From NCBI GenBank assembly GCA_903887415.1, contig CAISPO010000001.1, positions 48,728-112,727 on the forward strand: DNA of 64,000 nucleotides. Reading direction: 5' to 3'. The position numbers and the translations under genes are program-made. Below, piece after piece: positions 28,780 through 37,443 of this stretch; the stretch's first letter is position 1; the number at the start of each line of letters is the position of its first letter. Under the pieces are notes generated by a model, which was not told where the DNA came from, made no database searches, and saw nothing but the letters and a program-made list of their open reading frames with translations. Source of the DNA: an uncultured Bacteroidota bacterium. Lineage in GTDB: Bacteria; Bacteroidota; Bacteroidia; Chitinophagales; Chitinophagaceae.

Positions 28780-31212
28780 ATGATCATTTCATACCAATGG
28801 CTGCTCGAGTACCTGCCCGGAACGCCGGAACCCTTGCCAGTAAACGAATTAAGTAAAATACTCACTTCTATAGGCCTTGAGGTTGAGGCCGTTGAACCTG
28901 TGGAAAGCGTTCGTGGCGGCCTTGAAGGGCTGGTAATAGGCGAAGTGCTTACTTGCGAAAAACACCCTAATGCCGATAAACTCAGCGTTACAACAGTCAA
29001 TATCGGCGGCACAGAACCACTGCATATAGTTTGTGGTGCGCCAAATGTAGCCGCAGGCCAGAAAGTAGTTGTAGCCCCTGTGGGCGCCACTGTTCATCCA
29101 ACAGAGGGCGAGCCTTTCCCGATAAAAAAAGCGAAAATACGTGGTGAAGAAAGCGCTGGCATGATTTGTGCAGAAGATGAGATCGGCCTAGGCAAGAGCC
29201 ATGCTGGTATTATGATATTGCCGGAAGGCGCTGTGGTAGGCACTTTAGCAAAAAACTATTTTAATATACCGGAAACAGATTTTGAGATACATATTGGCTT
29301 AACGCCCAACCGCTCTGATGCGAACAGCCACATAGGTGTGGCCAGGGACGTATGTGCTTATCTCACGCATCACAAGGGAAAACGCTTTTCCGTAAATACC
29401 CCTGTAGGGGTTGAGAATTTTCAACCAACTCACGCGAAGGACCCCATCAAAATCTATATCTCAGCCAGCGATGCATGCCCTAGGTACACCGGCATCAGCC
29501 TGCGAAATATAAAGGTGGGCCCATCGCCGGAATGGCTGATACAACGCTTGCAAACAGTAGGTGTACGCAGCATTAATAACATTGTGGACATCACCAATTA
29601 TGTGCTGCACGAATACGGGCAGCCGCTTCATGCATTCGATGCGGATAAGATCAAAGGCGGTGAGATCAATGTGCGCTTCATGCCGGAAGGGAGTGTATTT
29701 AAGGCACTCGATGACAAAGAAAGAAAGCTGCTGGCCGATGATCTGATGATATGCGATGCCAAGGGGCCGCTGGCTATTGGCGGTGTTTTCGGTGGAGCGG
29801 AAAGTGGTATTACTGAAACGACCACTAAAGTATTTATAGAGAGCGCTTACTTTGATCCGAAGCATATACGCCGCACATCTTTGCACCATGGCCTGCGCAC
29901 TGATGCAGCCACGCATTTTGAAAAAGGAGTGGACATAAATAATGTGCTGCCTGCGCTGAAACGTGCCGCTGGCCTGATGGTAGAAATAGCTGGCGCTGAA
30001 ATAGCAACAGGTATTACAGATGAATACCCAAAGCCATTGCTGCCCGTTACGGTTGCTGTGTCTTATAGCTATATACAAACGCTTAGCGGTAAGGCTTATC
30101 TGCACGAAGCAATAAAGGAAATACTGCTGGCGTCAGGCTTTGAAATTGAGCAGGAAACCAGCGAGGGGCTGACGCTGAAAGTGCCGTCGAACAAAACGGA
30201 TGTAAGCCAGCCGGCGGATATTGTAGAAGAGATACTGAGAATAGACGGGCTGGATAATATACAGATACCCGGCAGGCTGAATATAGCGCTTACGAAGGGT
30301 TTGCAGAGTGACAGGGCAGAGCGGGAGCGCATGGCCGAATTACTCTGCGGCATGGGGCTGCAGGAAATTGTGACCAACTCTATTGTAAACAGTAAATTCT
30401 ATCCGGAGCGAACTGACCTGGTGCGCATGATAAACAGCCTCAGCAGCGAGTTGGACGTGATGCGGCCATCTATGCTGGAAGGTGGTCTTGAGGTGATACA
30501 ATATAACTGCAACAGGAAAAGCACCGACTTGCAATTATTTGAATTTGGCAATGTATATGCGCATCCAGAGGCGGGCAACAATTACATAGAGAACCCTTGC
30601 CTGGCATTGTGGGTGACCGGTAACACGGCAACCGTACACTGGGACCGGAAAGAAAAGAGTGCGGACATCTTTTATCTCAAAGGTATGATGAACAACATGC
30701 TCCGCTACAGCGGCATAGCAGGCACATCAGAATCTTATACGGACAGTAACGGGGATCAGGAAATAGTATGGAAATGGAAAAACCAGCCGATATGCACGGC
30801 AAAGCAGGTACCGGCAAAAAGATGCGCAGAGTTTGACATAAAGCAGCCGGTTTATTATGCAGAGATCTATTGGGAAAAGTGGCTGAAGGCAATGGCCGCA
30901 GGCAAGATCACTTATAAGGAGGTAGCCAAGTTCCCCGCTGTGCAAAGAGACCTGGCTATTATCCTGGAGAACAATATTACTTACAAACAAGTGCAGGATG
31001 TGACAGAGCAACTGAGGCTGGAGGCCTTGCAATCGTTCGGTTTGTTCGATGTTTTTGAAAGCGAGAAACTGGGCAAAGGAAAAAAATCTTACGCTTTAAG
31101 TTATATTTTTCAGCTACAAGACCGTACTTTGACAGATACAGAGACCGAGCAACTGATGAAGCGGCTCATGGATGTGTATAAAAACAAACTAAGTGCACAA
31201 ATAAGAGAATAA
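28780..31212 (+). CDS. pheT: Phenylalanine-tRNA ligase beta subunit
   Basis: HPNADKL, VCGAPNV, TPNRSD, NNIVDITNY, GQPLHAFD, KFPAVQRDLA. Confidence 0.97.
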   Translation: MIISYQWLLEYLPGTPEPLPVNELSKILTSIGLEVEAVEPVESVRGGLEGLVIGEVLTCEKHPNADKLSVTTVNIGGTEPLHIVCGAPNVAAGQKVVVAPVGATVHPTEGEPFPIKKAKIRGEESAGMICAEDEIGLGKSHAGIMILPEGAVVGTLAKNYFNIPETDFEIHIGLTPNRSDANSHIGVARDVCAYLTHHKGKRFSVNTPVGVENFQPTHAKDPIKIYISASDACPRYTGISLRNIKVGPSPEWLIQRLQTVGVRSINNIVDITNYVLHEYGQPLHAFDADKIKGGEINVRFMPEGSVFKALDDKERKLLADDLMICDAKGPLAIGGVFGGAESGITETTTKVFIESAYFDPKHIRRTSLHHGLRTDAATHFEKGVDINNVLPALKRAAGLMVEIAGAEIATGITDEYPKPLLPVTVAVSYSYIQTLSGKAYLHEAIKEILLASGFEIEQETSEGLTLKVPSNKTDVSQPADIVEEILRIDGLDNIQIPGRLNIALTKGLQSDRAERERMAELLCGMGLQEIVTNSIVNSKFYPERTDLVRMINSLSSELDVMRPSMLEGGLEVIQYNCNRKSTDLQLFEFGNVYAHPEAGNNYIENPCLALWVTGNTATVHWDRKEKSADIFYLKGMMNNMLRYSGIAGTSESYTDSNGDQEIVWKWKNQPICTAKQVPAKRCAEFDIKQPVYYAEIYWEKWLKAMAAGKITYKEVAKFPAVQRDLAIILENNITYKQVQDVTEQLRLEALQSFGLFDVFESEKLGKGKKSYALSYIFQLQDRTLTDTETEQLMKRLMDVYKNKLSAQIRE

Positions 31213-31487
31213 TGGAAGCACTGGACCAACTGGGTAAAAAACTGGATATGCTGCTGAAAAAATACACGGCGCTCGAAGCGGAGAATAAGCGCCTGAAACA
31301 AACAGTAGCTACGCAAAATAAAACAGTGGAGTCACTCACGAAAAAGCTGGCCTCGCTGGAAAAGGGCATGGTAAGTGTGCGCATTGGTTCGGAAACGGAG
31401 AATGAAGAAGAAAAAGACAATATGCGCAGGCAGTTGGACAGTGTGATAACAGAAATAGACAAAATACTCAATACGCTTAATGACTAG
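31212..31487 (+). CDS. Coiled-coil protein, ZapB-like
   Basis: Heptad pattern; C-terminal ITEIDKILNTL; directly after pheT. Confidence 0.7.
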   Translation: MEALDQLGKKLDMLLKKYTALEAENKRLKQTVATQNKTVESLTKKLASLEKGMVSVRIGSETENEEEKDNMRRQLDSVITEIDKILNTLND

Positions 31488-31989
31488 GGCTGGTAAATAT
31501 TTTCCTTTTATTTTATTTGCCTTCAGCGGCTTGTGGCTGGCTTGCACGCAAACACGTGATCCCTGCCTTACCCCGAAAATAGCGAGTTTCAACGTAGAGA
31601 CAATGCATCTGCTGACGGACACCTCAACCGTATTTGCAGACACTGCGCTGCCGGCAGCCGTATTTATTCCACTGGCAAGGGTGGACAGCAACGCGGGAAC
31701 CATTTTTCCGCAGCAGTCTGATTTTACTATTTCCCTTTCCCCTGATTCAAATGTTTGCCGCTGGCAATTCACTACTGATTCTTTCGCATTTGCTTTTGAT
31801 ACACTTACATTTTATTATCAGCGTAACCAGCAATTCATCTCGAATGCCTGCGGCTTTACTTACTTTTACACGCTCGACTCGGTACACACAACAAAACATA
31901 ACATTGACTCAGCCCATATTACAAACACCAGTGTAACTAATAATGTCAATACAAAGCAACTGCAGATATTTATTCATCCTGATTTTTAG
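31480..31989 (+). CDS. Lipoprotein, DUF6452-like
   Basis: Lipobox WLAC; DTLTFYYQR..QFISNACGF..FYTLDSV pattern. Confidence 0.7.
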   Translation: MTRAGKYFPFILFAFSGLWLACTQTRDPCLTPKIASFNVETMHLLTDTSTVFADTALPAAVFIPLARVDSNAGTIFPQQSDFTISLSPDSNVCRWQFTTDSFAFAFDTLTFYYQRNQQFISNACGFTYFYTLDSVHTTKHNIDSAHITNTSVTNNVNTKQLQIFIHPDF

Positions 31990-32710
31990 TGTGTTGCTAA
32001 TATCAGGCGCCAATGATGTATTTGCACAGGCAGCCGATACTGTTGCCACCGACACTACAGCCGCGCCAAAAACAAAAAAGAAAGAGCTTGCAGGCCACCA
32101 GCTAGCTATTGGCATTGACCTCGTTCACCCGGTATTGAATTCTTTGGTCAGTGATCGTTTCGGTTATGAATTTGCGCTGGATTATTATACGCACAACGAT
32201 CTTTATTTAATTGCAGAAGGCGGGTGGGGCGGATCTACGGTCGATTACAGCGATCTCAAGTACAGTACAACAAATAATTTTCTCAGGTTCGGATTTAACC
32301 GCAGCCTGCTCACCCGCGACAGGCCCACCGATTGGGATATGATGTTCATTGGTTTCAGGGCCGGCTTTGCTGATGTGAGCCGTAGCCCTGCGACCTTCAC
32401 TGTACTCGACAGTGTTTGGGGTAGCAGGCCGGGAATAGCAGCAGGCAAGACATTCCAGGCCTATTGGGCGGAGCTTAACGCCGGTATGCGTGTGGAATTT
32501 GTGCGCGGCCTTTTTGGCGGCTGGACGGCCAGGGGCAAAATATTATTCAATGGCAAGTCATTCAATGACCTCGCACCATTATATATAGCAGGGTATGGAA
32601 AGGGCGATAAAAACGTGGCCTTTGATTTTAATGTGTATGTGAGTTATGGCATCCGCTGGAAGCGTAAAAATGTTGCCGATACCACAGCAGTTGCACAAAA
32701 AACGGATTGA
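31943..32710 (+). CDS. Outer-membrane beta-barrel protein, DUF6048-like
   Basis: Signal peptide, alternating beta-strand pattern, YIAGYGKG, C-terminal FNVYVSYGI. Confidence 0.7.
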   Translation: MSIQSNCRYLFILIFSVLLISGANDVFAQAADTVATDTTAAPKTKKKELAGHQLAIGIDLVHPVLNSLVSDRFGYEFALDYYTHNDLYLIAEGGWGGSTVDYSDLKYSTTNNFLRFGFNRSLLTRDRPTDWDMMFIGFRAGFADVSRSPATFTVLDSVWGSRPGIAAGKTFQAYWAELNAGMRVEFVRGLFGGWTARGKILFNGKSFNDLAPLYIAGYGKGDKNVAFDFNVYVSYGIRWKRKNVADTTAVAQKTD

Positions 32711-32725
32711 GGAGAAAATAGCTCG

Positions 32726-33514
32726 TCATTCGCATTCATAACTGATAACCCTTGACGATATATCATTGCCAGGGTATATTTCCTTTATACTGGTGATATT
32801 GCCATTTGAATCGGTTGTATAGGAATAGTTGATCGTATCAACACTGTCCATGACTGCCATTGCATACAAGTGATGCGGTGCGTATATCCCTCTTCCATAA
32901 TTTTCAAGGTCAGAAATACGGGCGCTGATATTACCCACTTTATACAAACTTGTGTCGTAAATATAAGTATAGTAATCCGTGCCAGACGTGCTCCACACTA
33001 TATCGCCATTTGCCCACTGGAAATTTTGGGAAGATACCGTTGAATAGTAATGCGAAGTGATCGCTGTCAGATTTCCCGAGCTATCGTAGCAGTATTGATC
33101 ATAGACCCCATTAGGAGACCCGCCATTGAAATCAAAATGATAGATATAAACAACTCTGTTTTGGGTGTCCAGCAGCAGCGAATCGATTGAGTAAGGATAT
33201 GAATTATCGGTAGTGCTTACGATGATGCGATTGCTTTTGTAGGTGATCGTTCTCAAATAAGAATCCCCTGATGTCGGATGCAACTTGATCGTTGATACTG
33301 TGCCATCATCGTTGTAGCTGAATGTATAGGTAGTGCTGTACGTGGCAGATCCACCTTCCACCACCTGTGTTACCCTGCAGCCGGTAAAATTTGCGGCTTT
33401 GGGCGATGTCGTATTATTACTTTTCTTGTGACAACCGGGGAGCAGAATGGCCGCGATGATTGCAATGATTGTGCCAATAAACAGGGGCAAATGTTTTTGC
33501 GATTTATTTTTCAT
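32726..33514 (-). CDS. Hypothetical lipoprotein (Y/D-rich beta repeats)
   Basis: Lipobox LPGC; YNDDG, YDSSGNL and YTTDSNGNI YD-like segments. Confidence 0.75.
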   Translation of the reverse strand: MKNKSQKHLPLFIGTIIAIIAAILLPGCHKKSNNTTSPKAANFTGCRVTQVVEGGSATYSTTYTFSYNDDGTVSTIKLHPTSGDSYLRTITYKSNRIIVSTTDNSYPYSIDSLLLDTQNRVVYIYHFDFNGGSPNGVYDQYCYDSSGNLTAITSHYYSTVSSQNFQWANGDIVWSTSGTDYYTYIYDTSLYKVGNISARISDLENYGRGIYAPHHLYAMAVMDSVDTINYSYTTDSNGNITSIKEIYPGNDISSRVISYECE

Positions 33515-33518
33515 GAGC

Positions 33519-34259
33519 TCATTCCTGGGTTAGCGTTACAGTGCATGGATAGGTGCTTGCAGCCGTTGTAAACGTTCTGTTCAGGATCACCTGGCTATAA
33601 GGGGATTCTTCTCCGTTGAAAGAGCCGCTGCCGGATATTGTTACCCCTTGCACATTCTGGGATGGGATCATAAAGGTATTACTGCAGCAATCTACTGTGC
33701 CGTAACAGGTGTCGAATGTACAGTAGGTAGAAGAGCTCTGCGCCGTGCGGTCTATCAGCATGATGCCATTCGGCACGCCGGGCAGGCTGTCTATCTCGCA
33801 CGAAACATAAATATTAGCCCCGCAACTGTTTGACGGATAATAATAGCCTGCCACTTTAGCTACTCTGTCTATAGGCGCAGTAACAATAAGATTAAAGTTG
33901 TAAGTTTTAGTGCCTGCAGACGCATTGCTGAAAACCGCTTGCATGGCATAAGTTCCAGGTGTGGCATTCCTTGCGCCAAACGAGTCCCGCATGGTATAGT
34001 TGAGCAGGAAAGAGTAGTTGTTTTTTTGAATGATTACATTGGCCGGGGCGCCGGATAAAGTAACGGAAACCGGTTGGCTTTCGGCAAAACCGGAAATGAC
34101 ATTTATAGACGGGCTGAACCAAACAAGATCATTAGCAGGCACAGATACATCGGTGATGCCGGTCACGGAAAAATCGAATGGCTGCTTTGAATAATCGGGC
34201 AAAGGTTTATTGCAGCCCGCTGCACACAACAACAATAAGACAGCTATTTTTTTTCTCAT
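33519..34259 (-). CDS. Hypothetical lipoprotein
   Basis: Lipobox AAGC; beta-rich; several Cys in the C-terminal half. Confidence 0.75.
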   Translation of the reverse strand: MRKKIAVLLLLCAAGCNKPLPDYSKQPFDFSVTGITDVSVPANDLVWFSPSINVISGFAESQPVSVTLSGAPANVIIQKNNYSFLLNYTMRDSFGARNATPGTYAMQAVFSNASAGTKTYNFNLIVTAPIDRVAKVAGYYYPSNSCGANIYVSCEIDSLPGVPNGIMLIDRTAQSSSTYCTFDTCYGTVDCCSNTFMIPSQNVQGVTISGSGSFNGEESPYSQVILNRTFTTAASTYPCTVTLTQE

Positions 34260-34954
34260 TTTTTTCCGGTATTAAATCCATAAGCAAGCCCGGTATTCAC
34301 AACTCCCCGGTAACCAAACCCCAGCTCGAAAAAATAGCGCAATTTTCGGCCCACACTTAGCCCGAGTGGCGAAGCGTACATATTCACGTGCGACTTCACA
34401 TGGCTGCTCCTCATAGGGCCGTATTCATTAACTCCCTGCCGGTAACCCTGATCGTAAAAAGAAGGGTTGTATTGGTCTGTTTCAAATTCGTAAGTAAACC
34501 CAAGTCCGGCAACCAGGTACAATCGCACAAGGCTTGTTGCTACATAATCATAGGTTAAGTCGGCGCCAAGCGTATAGCAGGTCCTCACAAATGCGCCTTT
34601 CACCGTAGTCTGCAGATCAAATACATTTCCATCTGGTATTTCATTGTCCAGCCAGTCACCATACTGTTGCTCTATAGTGGCGGTCACACCTACAGCGATC
34701 CGTTTCTTCAACATATACTTGTAGGTGATGCAAAGCGCACCCGGCGTGCCTCTATTAGCATAGCTAAATTCCGTTGGCCTGCCCGGTTGGTAGCCATCGA
34801 GTAAGTAGTCAGCCGTCAACGAGGCGTAACTAACCGAAAAAAAGCTCCTGGCTGTTTTAGCGGGCTTATCGCGCACGCTGGAGTCCTCTTGCGAAAAAGC
34901 CGCAGACGAAAAAAACAGGCAGCAGATCAATAGGCAAAATAGAGTGCGTTGCAT
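34256..34954 (-). CDS. Outer-membrane beta-barrel protein
   Basis: Signal peptide; C-terminal FFELGFGYRGVVNTGLAYGF, typical of a small OMP barrel. Confidence 0.75.
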   Translation of the reverse strand: MQRTLFCLLICCLFFSSAAFSQEDSSVRDKPAKTARSFFSVSYASLTADYLLDGYQPGRPTEFSYANRGTPGALCITYKYMLKKRIAVGVTATIEQQYGDWLDNEIPDGNVFDLQTTVKGAFVRTCYTLGADLTYDYVATSLVRLYLVAGLGFTYEFETDQYNPSFYDQGYRQGVNEYGPMRSSHVKSHVNMYASPLGLSVGRKLRYFFELGFGYRGVVNTGLAYGFNTGKK

Positions 34955-35074
34955 GAATGAAGTTACTAATTAATACCAGGTGTATAGTCCTGGGCGATTA
35001 GAAACAATAACTGATATATGGTATAAATATTGTGATGAGAAGAAAAAAGAAAGGAATGCATAGTAACAATGCTG

Positions 35075-35728
35075 TTACGGCGCAAGCCGCGATCTCATCC
35101 AATCCCCGGTATCATCTTTCGTAAAAAGTATCCGGTCGTGCATACGGCTGCTGCGGCCCTGCCAGTACTCTATGTGGTTAGGTATCACTTTATAGCCGCC
35201 CCAATGCGGCGGGCGGGGTATCTCAACTTGGGAAAACTCGTTTTCGTATTTAGTGTAATTAAGGTCGAGGATATTTCTATCTGTTATTTCCTGGCTTTGC
35301 GGTGATGCCCATGCTCCTATGCGGCTGCCCACCGGGCGCGAATTGAAATAGGCATCGCTTTCTGCAGCAGGTATTTTTTCAATTTTTCCTTCTATACGCA
35401 CCTGCCGCTCCAGCTCTTTCCAGAAAAAAACAAGTGCTGCAAACGGGTTTGAATTTATTTCCTTGCCCTTACTGCTGTTGTAGTTGGTGAAGAAAATGAA
35501 ATCATCCTTATCGAGCCCCTTGAGCAGAACTATCCTGGCATGCGGGATGCCGTTGTAATCGGCAGTAGCCAGCGTCATCGCATTAATTTCCGTGATCTGG
35601 GCCGCTTCAGCCTCGGCAAACCATTTTTTAAAAAAAAGAATTGGTTCTGAGCCTACAGCATGCTCATCGAGGGCAGAAAGCCTGTAATCCTGGCGGATGT
35701 CAGCAATATTTAGGTTTTTCCCGCTCAC
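35075..35728 (-). CDS. pdxH: Pyridoxamine 5'-phosphate oxidase
   Basis: ARIVLLK, FFTNYNSSKG, ERQVRIEG, SRIGAWASPQS, RPPHWGG, RMHDR, RLAP; GTG start. Confidence 0.96.
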   Translation of the reverse strand: MSGKNLNIADIRQDYRLSALDEHAVGSEPILFFKKWFAEAEAAQITEINAMTLATADYNGIPHARIVLLKGLDKDDFIFFTNYNSSKGKEINSNPFAALVFFWKELERQVRIEGKIEKIPAAESDAYFNSRPVGSRIGAWASPQSQEITDRNILDLNYTKYENEFSQVEIPRPPHWGGYKVIPNHIEYWQGRSSRMHDRILFTKDDTGDWMRSRLAP

Positions 35729-35872
35729 TTAGGTTCTGTCGTGAGAATCCAGGTATTTTACCATAACATAAAGAAGCTCAATGATCATCAGCAGGAAGAA
35801 TACCCACATCAGGGTAGGGCCTATATTTTTATTTACGTTGTCGTAAAATGCGCTCAGCAGGAGGTGGTTCAT
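35729..35872 (-). CDS. Small membrane protein (47 aa) abutting pdxH; not in the supplied ORF track
   Basis: MNHLLLSAFYDNVNKNIGPTLMWVFFLLMIIELLYVMVKYLDSHDRT*; its TAA directly precedes the pdxH GTG. Confidence 0.6.
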   Translation of the reverse strand: MNHLLLSAFYDNVNKNIGPTLMWVFFLLMIIELLYVMVKYLDSHDRT

Positions 35873-36063
35873 GAATGTGAATTTGCGCTGCAAGATAGTG
35901 AAATAGTTGAAAAGTTGAAAGGTTTCAGCAGGCTTTTGATATTGATTTTTTATGTTTTATCCAAGTCTGGCGTTGGTTTTTATAATTTGGAATTTGTTAT
36001 TTGCGGTTTGCCATTTGGATTTTGCCCATCCGGGCTCTATCTTCATTCCAAATTCACCTGCGG

Positions 36064-37302
36064 ATGCTCCTGAGGCATGTACCATTTTTGAAGGCGGTGT
36101 TCCTTTACTCCTTTACGGCTTTTGGCGGGCCGCAGGGGCATATGGGGATGATGGTGCGTACCTTTGTGCAGAAGAGAAAAGACCTTACCGAGGACGAATT
36201 GCTGGAGTACAACTCCTTTTGTATGATGCTTCCCGGCCCGTCTTCTACCCAAACGGTGATGCTGATAGCTATGAAGCGTGGCGGTGTGCCGTTGGCTATC
36301 CTTACCTTGTTGTTGTGGGTATTTCCGGCTGCTTTGCTGATGGGTGCATTCTCCTTTGTTATTTATTATTTCAGTGGTGAGGCGCAGGTGGGCAATAAAA
36401 TGATTCCGCTCAATTTATTCAAGTTTATTATACCCATGTCGGTAGGGTTTGTATTTTTTGCTGCAGCCAAGATGATGCTGACCAGCATAAAGTATATAGC
36501 CACTGCAGCTATAATGGTTGGCAGCCTGGTGGTTACTTTGTTTGTCCGTTCCCCCTGGGTGTTTCCTGCACTGATGATAGTCTCTGGCACCATAAGTAAC
36601 TTCAGTAATAAGCGTATCCCCACACCGCAGCAAAAGCCCAAAAAGATCAATTGGATGCACCTGTGGCTGTTCGCTTTGCTCTTCATAATAGCAGGAGTAA
36701 TGAGTGAGGTGGCCAAAAACCGGCCTGACTGGAACCACGGCCGGATATTTCATCTTTGTGAGAATTTTTACCGTTTCGGCTCGATAGTATTTGGCGGCGG
36801 GCAGGCGCTGCTGCCTATGATGCTGTACCAGTTTGTGAGCAGGTCCAGCTCCCATTACCTGGATGCCAGCCAACTGCTCACCGGTTACGGAATGGTGCAG
36901 GCTGTGCCGGGCCCGGTATTTTCTATTTGTTCCTTTGTGGGTGGCGTGGCTATGAGCCAGTATGGAGGTATGTGGCAGGTAATAGGGTGCGTAGTAGCTA
37001 CTGTTGCGGTATTTCTTCCCAGCACTCTGTTGTTATTCTTCTTATTCCCGGTATATGAAAACCTCAAGCACCATGTTATCATCTTCCGCGCGCTTGAGGG
37101 TATTAACGCAGCCGTTGTGGGTATAATATTGGCATCGGGAATAGTTTTGTTCGAATCAATAGCTTTCGACAAAACTGATCTTTCCTTTGAATGGAGCAAG
37201 CTGGTGGTAGTGTTCATTACGTTCTGCCTGCTATATTTTACCAAGATACCGGCCCCGCTTATAGTATTGGGCTGGCTCCTCCTTGGCTGGACGACGTTAT
37301 AG
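36064..37302 (+). CDS. chrA: Chromate efflux transporter (long-chain CHR family)
   Basis: TAFGGPQ..H, LPGPSSTQ, IVFGGGQ, QAVPGP, two homologous halves. Confidence 0.9.
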   Translation: MLLRHVPFLKAVFLYSFTAFGGPQGHMGMMVRTFVQKRKDLTEDELLEYNSFCMMLPGPSSTQTVMLIAMKRGGVPLAILTLLLWVFPAALLMGAFSFVIYYFSGEAQVGNKMIPLNLFKFIIPMSVGFVFFAAAKMMLTSIKYIATAAIMVGSLVVTLFVRSPWVFPALMIVSGTISNFSNKRIPTPQQKPKKINWMHLWLFALLFIIAGVMSEVAKNRPDWNHGRIFHLCENFYRFGSIVFGGGQALLPMMLYQFVSRSSSHYLDASQLLTGYGMVQAVPGPVFSICSFVGGVAMSQYGGMWQVIGCVVATVAVFLPSTLLLFFLFPVYENLKHHVIIFRALEGINAAVVGIILASGIVLFESIAFDKTDLSFEWSKLVVVFITFCLLYFTKIPAPLIVLGWLLLGWTTL

Positions 37303-37443
37303 TTCGTTTTCCCTCTTTCAAATATGTTTCTGCGAATGCATCACACATATTCTCTCGCTTTGCGGCTCTTATGTTTGGGCAATAGGCTGCACATAGCTCA
37401 TTCTACTTTACCCGCTCCTTCGGAGAGGGTGGGGAGAGGCCTC

